This document shows positions 13,430-28,333 of a stretch of DNA of 64,000 nucleotides, one piece after another. Below the pieces are notes generated by a model. It made no database searches, had not been told where the DNA came from, and saw nothing but the letters and a program-made list of their open reading frames with translations. Within the stretch, counting starts at the first letter, position 1; the number at the start of each line of letters is the position of its first letter. A program made the position numbers and the translations under genes. This DNA is from Blastocystis sp. Blastoise (taxonomy: Eukaryota; Protista; Bigyra: Opalinata): the NCBI GenBank assembly GCA_039096225.1, contig JBBPEB010000004.1, positions 1 to 64,000 of the forward strand, in the 5' to 3' direction.

Positions 13430-13714
13430 ATGAAAGTATTTTTCGTTTTTTGCTTTATTTTATCTGTTTTTGCATTAGATAATGGTCTTGCTTTAACACC
13501 CCCTATGGTATTTTGATAAAAAAAGTCTTCTTTTATGAATTATTCTCATTATTTTCTAATGATTATATATATATATAAAGGGTTGGTTACCTTGGGAACA
13601 GTTCCAATGTCAAATTGATTGTGAAAAATATCCTACAAAATGTATTCATGAAAATCTTTTCCTTGATATGATGGATCGACTTGTCGAAGATGGATATCGT
13701 GATGCTGGTTATAA

Positions 13715-13757
<43 letters not shown>

Positions 13758-14834
13758 TATTAAAGAATTATAAATAGTTTTTTTTTCTTAACAATTATTG
13801 AATTATTTATATAATATAAAGATTCTAGTAAAAATAATTAATATATTATAATATAGAGAATCAATATTGATGATTGTTGGTCTGCTAAGAAGCGTAATGA
13901 TGATGGATTTATCATTGCTGATCCTATTCGTTTTTCTCATGGAATTCCTTATCTTGTTGAAACTGCTCACTCTAAAGGTCTTTTATTAGGTATTTATAAT
14001 GATTATGGTACTTTAACTTGTATGGGTTATCCTGGTTCTGAAGGTAATTTGATTAAAGATGCTCAAACATTTGCTTCTTGGGGAATTGATGCCCTTAAAA
14101 TGGATGGATGTTATTCTAAGACTTTAGATCATCCTGATGCTTACCCTGGTATGTCTCATTTCCTTAATGCAACTGGTCAACATATTTTATTCTCTTGTTC
14201 TTGGCCTGCTTATGCTGCTGATAAAGATAACTATACTTATTATGAAATGTTACCAAAACATTGTAATTTATGGAGAAATTATGGTGATATTACTAAGAAA
14301 TGGGAAGATGTATTAGATATTATTAATATGTTTGGTAATACACCTATTTGGGGTAAATATGCTGGTCCTGGTCATTGGAATGATCCTGATATGTTAGTTA
14401 TTGGTATGAAAGATGGTCTTAATAAATATGAATCTGAAACTCAATTAGCTCTTTGGTCTATTCTTGCTGCTCCCTTATATATGACTAATGATTTAAGAGA
14501 TATTGATGATTGGGCAAGAGAAATTCTTCTTAATAAAGAAGTTATTGCTATTGATCAAGATATACTTGGTAAACAAGGATATAGATTAACTGAGAAAGAT
14601 AATGATCAACAAGTTTGGGTACGTCCTTTAAGTGATAATAGATGGGCTATTGCTTTATTAAATTCTGGTGAAAAAGAAACTTCTATTTCTATTAATTTCA
14701 AAGATATTAATGTTTCTGGTAAAGTCCAATTAAGAGATTTATTCTTACATAAAGATTTAGGTACTTTTGAATCTGAATATACAAATAGTTCTATTCAACC
14801 TCATGCTGTTCAAATGATGCTTTTAACTCAATAA
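13430..14834 (+). CDS. Secreted GH27 alpha-galactosidase / alpha-N-acetylgalactosaminidase (3 exons)
   Basis: Signal peptide then LDNGLALTPPMGW, IDDCW, FASWGIDALKMDGC, CNLWRNYGD, GPGHWNDPDML, LAAPLYMTNDLR and a C-terminal beta-sandwich. Confidence 0.95.
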
Positions 14835-16320
14835 AAATAATTTTGCTTCGATTGATCATATATATATATATTATTGTTTATTTTTATATTCAAAATTTTA
14901 TTTTTCAAACTACAATACTTTAATGTTTTAACAATGTAATATTTCAATAGTTTCAACAAATCATTGTATTCTTATGTATATCTGTTGATAATGTATAAAT
15001 AATAAACTATATACACATTTTATTAATAATTGTTGTATATATTTTAAAAAATAATTATCTACTATTGTATATATATACAAAGCATATATATACACTTTAT
15101 TAGTAATTGTTGTATTATAAAAAAAATAATTATCCACTATTATATAAAGAAATATATATATTTAATTAGATGTATCATACATAAAACCTAATTAAAAATA
15201 ATAAGATTCATTTAGTAAATAAATATAATAAATCACAGTGATTTATAATTATTATAGTATTTTCATTATATATATATATATATATCTATGGTTACCCAAC
15301 ACAACACAATATATAATTCAAGCTTTAATAAGAAAATTATTCATATACATAACATATAAAAATATAAATATAAATTGCATAAGCAAAAAGAAAAAAAGAA
15401 ATGTATATACAAAAGAGTAATAAGATAATTACTTTGAAATATTTGAAAAAATACAAGAAAACTAATATTTAAGAAAATAGTTAATAGAGAAGTCAAAACC
15501 AGCACATGATATAAGTAATAAAAAATATATATGTATATAAAAAAATTATCTTAAAAAGAGTGAAATTAAGGGAATAGTAATATTTTATCGAAGTTATAGC
15601 AAAAAACAACTTCTGATTAAATATCGAACAGTTTCTAACTGAAACAGAGAATAGGCAATTCAAAAAGGGAAGAAATATGAAAAGGAAGTAGCAAATTAAC
15701 AGACAGTGTTTATTTAATAAAAAAAAAATATGTGCAAAATAAAAAATAATAAAAATTAAGTGTTTATAAAAACAATAAACAAAAAACTTAAAAAAAGAAT
15801 ATATAATTTAATAATAAAAAGAAATATGAAAAATATATATAGATATATATATTTAATATATATATCTAAAAAAAAATACTATTATCATAAATATCCAAAA
15901 GTAATATATGTATAAAAAGTATAAAGATTTAAAATAAAAATAAAAATAATCTATAAGACTATATTGAATTAAATAATAAGAGAGAAATTAAAAGGATAGA
16001 ATTACTACGAGAAGGGTTGTTAACAGAATAGACACGAATGGCATACTGAGAATAACTTGAATTAAAAACGTAATTATTATTTAGAATAACCACATTATAA
16101 ATTTCTTTTGACTTTAAATTTCTTATTTAATATTATAAATAGAATTATGAAATGAAAAACAACTTGTAAAAAGATAAACTGACAAATAATAAAATATTCA
16201 AAAAAAAAAAATAAAAAGGAAAAAAAAATATATAATGAACCACGAAGATATCCCTTAGTAAAGGAGATAAGAGTGAGTAACTAATATAATAGAAATAAAT
16301 GGAGAATATAAGAGTTCTGT

Positions 16321-19300
16321 CTACAATTGAGAAAGTAGTACAGATTGATCGGTATAAACCACAGGCAGAGTTGAGGAGAAACGGTTATTTGACATAATAT
16401 AACCATGAGCACGAGACTTCATGGATTTCTTTTCATTTTCAATTTTCCGTTTCTTTATGATATGAATTGATAAACTAATAATATATAGAATACAAAGTAA
16501 AACAAGAATGATAACAAAAACATCCAGAAAAATATACACAGGACAAGTTGCTTGTATATATTCTTGTTGTTGGATCCAATGGGAGGATAAAGTAATTGAA
16601 GGAATAGAAAAGGATACTTGTTTATCTACAAGATCTTTAAGAAATGAGTTTGTAACTATATAATTATAGACTGATTGATTGACAAAATGTACATATTCAG
16701 AAGGACAGACAAGAGATACTATTAAGTATGTACTATTGTCATATATTGATGTATGTAATACAGAAGATGAAGAAGAAGACGAAGAAGAAGATAATGAAGA
16801 TGATGAAGATGATAAAAAAGAAATAGAACTTGGGAATACAAAACGACTTAAACTGTAATTAGTTATATCACGAGAAATATTAAATCCTTTTAAAATACTG
16901 GTTTCAAAGAAAGTATTGAAAGTACTATTTAACAGATATATATCATATCCCTTTAAAGAGAGGTCTCCTAATTGTTCAAATCGAATAGGAAAACGAAGTA
17001 TTGTTGATCCCTTCACAGGAATTAACGTATGTTCTTTACTAGCTCGAGTACATGACTCGTCATTGATAGATCCCCATACAGGATTCTTTTCCTCTAGAAA
17101 ACACGGGCGATAACGATACCCAACAGCTGCACGTGTGGTACAACGAATATAATTGGTAGTTCCTGCTTCGGTAGCTGGCCAATCTCCTTCAGTATTACAC
17201 ATATAAGCAACAATAATAACTCGTATAGTAATAGTTACATTAGTATCTCGATTGAAGGCAGTAATTCGATATTCATGTGATCCTGCTGTTTGTTTAGGTG
17301 TACCACTAATAACTCCTGATCGTGTATTAAAGAGTAAACCATTTGTAAATAAAGGAGAAATAGACCATCCAGATATATAGTTCTGTATAGTAGGTGATAA
17401 AGTTTGAATAGTTTCATTCTTATAGAATATCATAGTAGACATAGGATAGGCTACAATAGGAGTTTTATAAATACATCGATCTATAACAGGAGACCATTGA
17501 GGAGGATTTGTTGATAGACATGTACGTTCATAAGCTCCTTCTAAATACTGATTAGTACAAGGTTTTGTAAGAGTAGTACCCTTAGGTGTTTCTTGCCAAG
17601 TATCTTCAGAAGAGCAAGTACTAACATAAATATGTACACCTAGAGTAGTAACACTTAATCGAGAAGAAGTTATATTATTATTATCATCAATATCATAATG
17701 ACATACGATAAGATAATAAGCATTTTCTTCAGATATTGTAATAACTCCAGTTATTTCTCCTGTAATTGTATTTAAAGTAAGTCCATTAGTTAAAGCAGGA
17801 TGAATTGAAAAGGAAAGACAAATACCTCCAGTAATAATAGGAGGAGGAATAATAATCGTTTGATTCTTCTCCGAATGTATAAAATCAGGTGTATATGATA
17901 GAGTAGGAGTAGCAAGTATACATGTAGAGACTGTAGAAGACCAAGAACATTTAGTTTTCGATTGATTTGTAGATAAACATTGTCGAGTAAGAGATCCTGT
18001 ATAGTAATGCTGTGACATACTATAACTAGGACAATCTAAGGATTGTATCTTATCAAAACCTAGAGATGGCCATATATAGGATACAGTTACATTTCCTTGA
18101 TGAAAAGAATCTTCTTCTTCTTTACATATACATTCATAGACCCTTAAGGTTATGAAATTAGTGATTATAACTCCCACTTGACTATATGCTTCAATCTTAT
18201 ATGTAACAGGATTCATAAGAGATGGACAATTCACACGAATAACACCATTAATAATAGTAATACAATTTATTGATTTACCTTCTTCAACAGTACTTATCCA
18301 AGATACAATAGTTCCTGTTACTTGAGGGATTATTTGTTTATATTCATTGATTAAGAGATCATATTGACTTTGAGAATATATAACAGAAGGATAGATATGT
18401 TCATCAATACATGTCTCTTCAATAGATTCCCAAGATGTAGTATGTAACTGTTTATTCTCTAAACAGAGTCGACGTCTAGTACCAATAGTTCCATTACTAC
18501 AGGGTATCTCTGCATATGTATTCTTATATGTATTTGGCCATATAGTATTTCCCATACACCATTCATTAATAAGAACTCCCTCAACTGCTATAGATATCAT
18601 CTGTTCCATCATAATAGATTCATCCCAACTTGTAGCAGTAATAGTATAATTTGTAAGAATACTTTCTTCTTTAGGTATTCCTGATATATGGCCTGTTTTT
18701 AAGTTTAATTCAAGACCTAATGGAAGTAAAGGATATACACTAAATGTGATACCTAACGAGTCTACAATAGGAATAACACTAATATTTGTTTGGTTACTTT
18801 GACATATAAAAAGAGTATATGGATATTGGAATCGTGTGAATGGAACAAAAGAACATTTTGATCGATCAATAGTAGTATCTAAGATACCATTATTACAGAA
18901 ACGAGACATAGATCCAGTATAGAAGAGACCACAAGGAACATAAGAATAATCATTAAAAATAGTTGTAGGCCATAATGTAGTATTATCATAACAAAGACCA
19001 GGATAACGTTGTATTTTCATTTGAAATTCTGAGAGATGAAAACTATGTCCAAATTTAAGACATTCTTCATTATTATCAGATAATAAAGGACTATTTTCAC
19101 ATTCAGTAATAGTCACACGATAATAGTTATATGAATTAATTTGATAGAATTGATAAGTTTTCTTCTGATAATAGATAGTCCAGAATTGTTTAGTTACTGA
19201 ATGAAGTTGTACCCATTGTTTTTGATCATAAGATCCTTCAAGTATCCATCCACTTGGATGATTTATATTACAATTATTAGCAGTAATAATAGTATAAGAA

Positions 19301-22300
19301 TTAAAATTATATTTACGTTCTTCAGGAGTATTTAATATAAAGGATACACCTTTACATATATAAGGAACATAGAATTGTGTATAGATATCACCATCAATAA
19401 GTGTATCTACAGTATGACTATTATAACCAATATAACTACTTTTAATATTATATTGATAATTATAATTCTGATTATCAATAAGAATTTGGAAATTAACCCA
19501 GAAACTATATTGTGGAATAGTTTGATTTCTTCTATGAATTTCAATACCAAATATATTTGTATTTGCTTCATTAAAATATTCTTTAACTTGAACTTGAATA
19601 CTATATTCAAGTTGTTTATATTCATTAAAATCCTTTAAAGCAAGTGTAAATGAATTAATAGGTCCTTCAGGCATATTATATCGAAATAATTCAAATCCAT
19701 TCATATATAGAATAGCACCACCATAAACATGTATACTACAAAGTGCACTTGCTGTTATAACTAATATACTTTCTGGCTTAGGAGTAATATATTTATAATA
19801 TTGTGTAATAGCAGAAGATGTAGGCATATTACTAGAAGGTCCATTAGTCCATCCATCATCAATAATAGTAGTTGATGTCCATGTAATATCATCAGGATAA
19901 TAATGAGAATTATCAGAAATAAGATAATACCAAGGTGTAGAGAGAGGGTTACGTGAATGTTCTACAATGAATTGAAATGTAGAAGTTAGATAACCATAAT
20001 ATAATGTATATGGATTACTTCTAAGTGAATTCTTCTGTTGAATATATAGAACTGCATTTTCCCATCCTTCTCCACTAGGTTCTGATAATATAAGACTATA
20101 TATACCTGGTGTCAAACAATAACTATGAGAGGTTACAGTATTAGCAGGAAAAACAGATTGTTTATCTAGAACATCGGATAAATCTTTATCAAATTCAAAT
20201 TGAAATACTATTTCATAAGAAATAGTTAAATCATGTGCATTATCTCCACGATGAACACTGATTGTAATAAGTTGTTGTTGATCAGAGCATGTATTTGAAG
20301 AAATAGTAATAGTTGTATTATAAGAAGTATCAATAAGAGTAGTACCTTGAATAGTAACTTCACAATCACGAATACTTTCCTTAAGAATTCCATTAATTAA
20401 TCCAGTATTCATATCTAACCATAATCCCTTAGGAAGAGAACCAGAAACTATTTGGAAAGATTTATAATTCGTTGTAGGTATCATTGTATCAGCAGTAACG
20501 TTTGTTAACAGAGAAACTTCATTCTTTATATAGGATAAAGGATGATAAATAAGTGAATACGTATTCTCAAGAAGAAGTTCAATTTCTCCTAAAGCTATAT
20601 ATTCCTGGTTATTTGATGGCTTAAAAATAAATGAATAATAATAATAACTATTACGATGAGTACGTGTATAGAAACATAGTTTCTGTCCTCTTTCAAACCA
20701 TTGAACATTTTCTCTTTGATCAAGTTCCCAACAAATACTATTTGTACAACCAATAAAGTACCAATTTTGAGGATCATAAGAAGAAGGAAGTGAACTTAAT
20801 ATAAGACAATACTTATTCGTATATTCAAATCGATATTTTGAATTATAATATAAGTAGATATGAAGTGTTTTATTTCCCATAAAAGATCCAATCCAGAAAG
20901 TAGAATAGAATCCATCTAAAAGAGTATTCACATTTGAATGATCATCATCTATTTGTTCAGCAGGTTCTGTTTCATCTTTATATGTATAATTATAAGAATA
21001 TGATGTATTCATCCTTTTATAATCATCGAAAATATCAATAAGAGAAACAGTCATATCAAAAGTACGAGCAGATAAATGAGTAGCTGTAAAGAATCTCAAG
21101 CTGTAAGTGAAATTAGATTGAGCAGGGAGTGTCTGATTATAAGGTAAATAAATAGCAAAGGAAAGGATATTTAATCCATCTTTAATAATCTCCATATCAA
21201 AAGATAAAGATGTATATGGAGAATTTGAGTTATATACTTGAGATGATGTTTGACTATCAATACCTATTAATAAAGAAGGATTTGAAGAAGTTGATTTCAA
21301 CTCTTCATTATTATTATATCTTTTAGTTTCTTGCTTATTATTATTCAAGAATAGAAAATCATTAGTACTATCATAGAGAACACCTCCATTCATATATATA
21401 ATAATAGGATTAGATGTAGAAAGACGAATACCCATTCCATGATAAGTAGATTTCTTTAATAAGAAGAATTCTCGTCGGAAATAAGCAGTATGTGATGTTA
21501 TTTCAAGATCAGGAATGGTATAACAATTAGACCAATGACTATCTTGTCGAAAATCTTCTGTATTCCAATTTGAAGGGACATAAGTATTATCGAGATGACA
21601 AAGAGTATCTTTATCATAGGGAAGAATAGTATAAAGAGTATTAATAGTATAAGTATAAGAAAATGTATTACGAAGAGTAGCTCTGAATATAGTATAAGGA
21701 GAATGACGACTTTCAATAGAGAGAGTTAATAGAGAATATTCAGACCATCCAGGATTATAAGGATTATATAATGTAAGTGTAAGTAAACCTGATGGTACAC
21801 ATAAAGGAAATATAGATTCTTGATTTGATTCTCCATGAATATTAATTAATGTTTGTGTTCCTACAACTATGGAGAAATATTCATAGGAATAATGTTCTAT
21901 ATCCGAAAATTTATGTATATACAACATAGAATATTTATCACTACTACATTCTTTTATTACCATAGAGAACGTATAAGAATTATTAATTTTTGTAACAGAA
22001 CTATAAGCAGTAATAGTGATTTTAAACGTACCTATTTCTGAAGCTGTTCCTAAGATAGATCCATCAAAAGTTTCAAAGTATAATCCAAGAGGTAAAATTG
22101 AGTGAATTTGAAATTGAGAGAATCCAGAAGAAATAGGAAATAGAGCAATACTATTCATATCTTTATAATAGCATGAAGTAAGTGGAGTATAAGTAAGATT
22201 TGAAATATAATTGAGAGGAATAGTTAATAAAACAATTTCAGAGAGTTCATATTTATTAGAATGACCTTTTGTTTCATATATGACTAATTTATATATATTA

Positions 22301-23807
22301 AAAGGATAGAATGAACTTGGTATATTCATTATATAAGGAGTAGTTGGAGATAAGAATCGAACTTGACTAGAAGCAATAATAGGTATCCACTCTACACCTT
22401 CATCATTTGAACCAAATAAACCAAATTTAGTAATTGTATAATTAGAGTTTAACATAGGTGAATATAAATATATACAATTAACGAACTCATAACGACCAAG
22501 AGGATATAGAAAGAAGATAGCATGATTTGTTCCTACAGTACCAAGATAATAAGTATCAAGTGAGAAATCAACAACATTATTAGGATTAAATGTATCTATA
22601 GATGGATCTGAAATGAGAGAAGTAGAAGCTGTAGATGAAAATGAAGTTAATGAAGAAGAATATGAAGGGAAATATAAGTCTGTAACAGTAATATTTTGTA
22701 AGCGTCGACTATGACTATCTAAGACATAATACATATAAAGATTAAATGGATCTCTCATGGATTCAGATGATTTTGGAGTAATTTGAACAGCAATTGTAAT
22801 TGAACTAAATGGCTTTAGATAATAATCATAATTAGCATCAATATGTTGATAATAAGGTGTTGATGGTAAAGTTCTGGAATGAGAGTGTCGCCAAGAAGAA
22901 AGACGAGAATGATTATTATTCGCATAATTTGTATTTATTTCACTTATAGGATACAATAAGAGACCATTCACATATATAGTAATATTATGCAATGTAGAAA
23001 ATCCTATTATAAATGACGAGAATGTATCTATGGACTGAGGAATATTTGTTTTATATCGATAATATATAACATCATTTGTACTTGGAAATTGATGAAGACA
23101 ATACTCCGGCCAAGTATCATCATTAAATACAATACTCTTCCATAAATTATTATCTAAAACACCATTATGATATTTCCATTTATTTGAAGCAGATATCATA
23201 TTTGTTGCTATATATTGTTTTAATTATTTAATTGTATAATTTATTTTTAATAATAAAAATAAAGCAAGTTAATAATATATACGAAAAAAAGACCAACTAT
23301 CATATGTTCCATATAATAATGAATCATATAAAAGAACTGTATCATCATTATAAATAGTAATACTTGACTCTGGAACCCAACCAGAGGGATCTCTAAAATC
23401 AACAGTATATTAAAATTATCATATATAAACATTAATAAATATCTTACGGAGAACTTGCAACTAGCGTATAGAACATCGATTTCAAGCATAAAGTATAATT
23501 ATATTCGACATAATCTTTTGCACTTCCAGAAACATCAAGAATCGTATCTCCAAGAATACTATATCCTTCTTTAATTCTAAAACCTTCTATTGTAGCATTT
23601 TGTTTATAAACTCTTCGAATATAAATTTGAGATTCTTGCTCAAGACACGTTAATGATAAGCCTATATAATATCAACTATGGGTTATATAAAAATATACAA
23701 AATTCAATGAACAAGAATAGAAGAAGCATCATATTAGTAAGGAAAAACAAAATGAGTCGTTCATGTATGGTTCTTTTGTTTCCCCTTGGGAAAGACTCAA
23801 AAAACAT
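16321..23807 (-). CDS. Large type I surface protein: galactose-binding/F5-8-like lectin modules, He_PIG-like Ig repeats, Cys-rich HRM-like modules, C-terminal TM (4 exons; start could be 23732)
   Basis: 2292-aa terminal exon plus 3 upstream exons with a hydrophobic leader. LPxGLxxxxxxGxISG motifs, PSGWILEGSYD-type lectin motifs, CxxxxxWPxT..C..G..R.C..W..C modules, TM near the C-terminus. Confidence 0.85.
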
Positions 23808-24891
23808 AACTCTTCACCCACAATTAACAGCCAATCATCAAAGCGAAAATCAAGGCGAAGCCATCATTTTGTATTACCACATTTTTTTCTATCATGTCCT
23901 ATTATTTTCATCAGAGCCTAACAAAAAACAATAATTTTGCCTTTTATCCTATTTTCTTCTAGTTGTTATATTTCTCTATTGTGTGAAAAACGATATAAGT
24001 GGTGTTCGTGAAAGATGATACAACAATCTAAATGTCTTGATGATCAATGTGATGATTTGTTACATCACTCAAGTATTATATGACATGTAATTGTTATCTG
24101 TTCTTTAAAACTTTGAGAAAAAATATTCTTTTAACTTTTTTGTATGATTGATGAGATTATTATATGATGAATATTGAATAATCACCATTTATAATCTTTG
24201 TTATATCTATTGATTAAACTTTTGAGTCTATGAATTAATAAATCGAATAATCAATCAAATGAACAGTGTTTTATAGATAAAAACCATGAAAATTCGTGTA
24301 GAGCAAATGATATATATAGAGAACTATAAATTAGTTGTTATAAGATAATAAAAATTATTATTTTTTATAAACAAAACTACATTTTATAAGATAATGTTGA
24401 TTACGTAATACTTATAAATATTATAATAATATAACTAAGGAAAGAAACTACACAAAAAAGAAATAAGAAATCGAAAATACATAATAATAAAATAGATAAA
24501 AATAGATATAAGTAAATGTTATAATTATTCTTTCTTTATGAAAATAAAATACTCATCGAATCATAAAAGAGTATTTATATTTTAATGATGCATAACACAA
24601 ATATATATATGTTATATAAAGTATTAGAAAGATATTTATAAGTAATCATATAGGTTTAGAAAGTAGTAGATAGATGTATTATTCAGTATAGCTGAATAAT
24701 AATAATATAAATTATACATATAGAAATATAAAAGTATATTTTTTAAATGACAATATACAAATATATACTCATTATGAAAAATAAATCATATAAATAATAA
24801 ATCACCACATATTTAAAATCAATCAAAGTGAGTAGAACAGATATAGTTTTAGATAAAAGAAAGAATAATATTCTTAAAGAATAAGAACTAA

Positions 24892-27800
24892 TTAAGGTAT
24901 ATTCTTCTTCAGTTGGTTAATATTCTTTGTTGGAGGTTTATTCATAATAAGATGACCAGAACTTAATGCACCAGAACGAGATTCAATAGTCTTTAAAGAC
25001 TCATTAGGGGAAGTAGGCTTTATTTTCAACTGAGGATCTCTTGCTAAGAGTGGATTTGAATGACGATTAATAGCAGAAGACCCAGAAATAGGTCGTTGAT
25101 TAGAAACAGAAGCTCGTTGGATTTTGCGAGAGAATTCTTCACTGATGAGTGGTTCAGGTCGTCGACTTTGAAGTGTATATCGAGAAAGAGGAAGATTAAT
25201 AGGGACAACAGGAGAAGGAGACGATAGATATGATTGATGATTCGATTTACGAGAAGGAGATGCAGAAGGAGAAGAAGCTACAAGAGAAGGAGGAGATTGA
25301 AGAGATGTACGAATAGTAGGTTGTATTGAATGGATATCTGAAGATAAAGCTGTTCCTCGAGGAGAAGTAATAGTAGTAGTAGTAGTAGTTGTAGTAGTTG
25401 TAGTAGTTTTAGAATGATGATCCGGAGAGAAGAATCGATGAGATGAAGAATATGTTGGTATATTAATATCCATAGAATATCCATCTACAAGAGGAGTTGA
25501 TGTAGTAACATAATGATCTACAGATGTAGTTGATGTAGATGTAGAAGAAGAAATTCGTTCTTCTCCTGAAGGAGGTATTGTTATATTTACATTATTATCA
25601 TCATGAGCATCCTCAGAATCATTAACTGTAGCATTTGGATTCAAAGGACTCGAAAAAATAGGTTTACCTCGAATAGCATTACTATTTAAAGTGATAGAAT
25701 TCGACCCTTCACTCTCTTCTGTCTCTAATTTTGAACTACTTCTATTTCTCGAATTAACACTTGAAGGAGAAAGAGAATCAGATGAAGCTTGATATTCAGT
25801 AGCAAGATGAGATAAAATCAATGGACTTGCAATATATCCTTGTGTCTTTAATGGTGGAATTAAAGGATTTGGACTGTCTATGGGATTACAAGATCGACTA
25901 TTAAGAAGTTCAGGAGTTTCAGAAGTTTCCAATTGACTATCACTTGTAGCAACATCTAAATTAATAACATCTGGACCTAATGCTGTCTTAGATTTATATA
26001 CAATACTAGCAGGAGATATATATCGGTCTGTATCATGACTAACAGAACTTGGTGACTCTGAACGAATGACACTTAATGTGACATTGAAATTAGGGTTTAA
26101 TTGACTAAGAACAGGTATTGGAGGTTGTGGAGGTATAGGATGAAGAGAATGTTGTGTGTTATCTGTAGAAGGAAGACGACTAGGAAGTGATCCACGAATA
26201 TTCACAGCAGCAGGATGACTGTAGTTTTGATCAAGAACAACACTGGCTGATGATGCAGGAAGAGCACGAGTACGCATAATCGTAATACTATCTCCATGAG
26301 TATCTCCAAGTGGAGATGGAGGTCCTTCATCTTCTCCTGGAGTCTCTACTGTATTTATATCATGAACAACCAAAAATGGATTCTTATTTTCTTCTTTTTC
26401 CTCATCATCAGTAGTTTCAGTGTCGCTATATTCATCATTAATTTCATCACTATCTATTTCAAATGGTGATCCTTGCATAGTAACAGCAGTTACAGGAGTA
26501 TCAGTAGTTGCATCAGTAGTCTTAGATGTATTTGATGTCTTACTATTTCGCTTATGTGTTCCACTACGTCGACTCTTCTTTTCCTTACTTACTCGTTTTT
26601 CTGTATTAACGGCTGTATCAAGTATATTTTGAGGTAAACATTCGGAAGCAAGACGTAAGGAAGAAGGTTCTATTACATGAGTCGATAGAGAAAGAGAAGG
26701 AATGGGACGTGTTAATGAAGAATGATTAGATGATAATTGAGGACTATTTGAAGGAGTTACTCGTGGAGAATTAATTCCTTCCTGAAGTCTCAATTGTGCT
26801 TTAATCACACTGGAATGGGTTGATGGAAGTATAGGAACACTTTGACGAGCATATATATGCATAGCGGGATCTGTAGAATTCTTTATTTCATTGATGGTTT
26901 GACTTATTGTTGGAAGAACCTTTTGGGGTTTTATCCTATAAAAAAAATCATAAAGTAAAATATATACCTACAAATATAATATGAAATATACGCATCTTCT
27001 TTTGAATCAGTTGAAGGATCCACTTGTTGTGACTAAAAATTATTAATTATAATAGAAAAAAAAAATGATATATATATTTAGTAATCATATCGTAAAATAT
27101 ATAATAATTACTTGACTTCTTGTGTGAAGTATCATTTCAGCTTCTAGAGAAATAAAGATATTATATATAATATATAATATATAATATATAATATATAATA
27201 TAAAATATATTATATACCTGTAAAGAATCGAGCTTGTTTATATGCTTTTTCTTCATCGATAAAATAAAGGAGTATTAATCCGATGAACAATCTAACTAAT
27301 TCAAAATAAAACACATAAAGTTCATCATCATAAGGCTAGATATAGTAATATAGTGAGATAGAAATATATATGAATATATACAGAAAGAATAGCTTCAATT
27401 AATGGACCAAATACACAACTATATAAATAATGAAGAATAGAATAGATAAGTATATATACCTAAATTGTTCGACTGTACTATAAACAGCGAATAATTCAGC
27501 CTCATGTCCCTCAGGAAGAGAAGTGGCAAATATAGATCTTGTATAGGATTGAAGGACACCAACAGTAAGAGATAGTGATGAAGTGACGATCATACCGATG
27601 GCATAATGAGAGATATATTCAGCAATAGGACTGAGTAAGAGGAGAGCATAAATAGATGCTAATAGGAGTATAATAATACATATTGTTATGTAGACTTTAA
27701 AACTAGCTGAAACACTAGAAATATTAAATGAGATCATATAAAAATTATATAAGAGATATACAAGATAGAACAGAGAATACAGAGCATATTTCCTATTCCC

Positions 27801-28299
27801 GCGAGAATAGGTCCAAGGTAAATAATGATTAATGGTCCATACTTTTTATCTACACCATTCCATACAAAATATTTATCCAATAAGATAAACGCTATAATAA
27901 TAATATATATATATAATGATTGATACAGTGGTGAGTATAGAGAATAAGTACATACAGACATTTGAGAATGTATAGAGCGATCCTGCTGTGAAAAAGAGGA
28001 GAGATAGTATACGTTGTAACATGGGAAGACTCTTTAGGTTACTGAAGGTAATCTTATCTATAGAATATATATATATAGCGAGAGAAAAAAAATGGATGGA
28101 TAGATAGAGAAAGAGAGAAAAATTTGAAATAATTTAAAAAATGAATATATTTCATAAATATAGAATATATATACATCTTTTTAAGGAATAGCAGAAAATG
28201 CCTTTTTGCTCTGGAGAATAGAGTTGTTCGTCTTTGCCATGACGACGAGGAAGCATATTCATACTGAGAAAGGTCATCGCTAGCCATCTAGAAGAAGTA

Positions 28300-28333
<34 letters not shown>

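Noticed and set aside
14834-14900. Blastocystis-type stop codons created by polyadenylation (TGTTTGTT motif)
   Set aside because: All ten complete genes have genomic TAA/TAG stops, and no exact motif was seen at the expected spacing.
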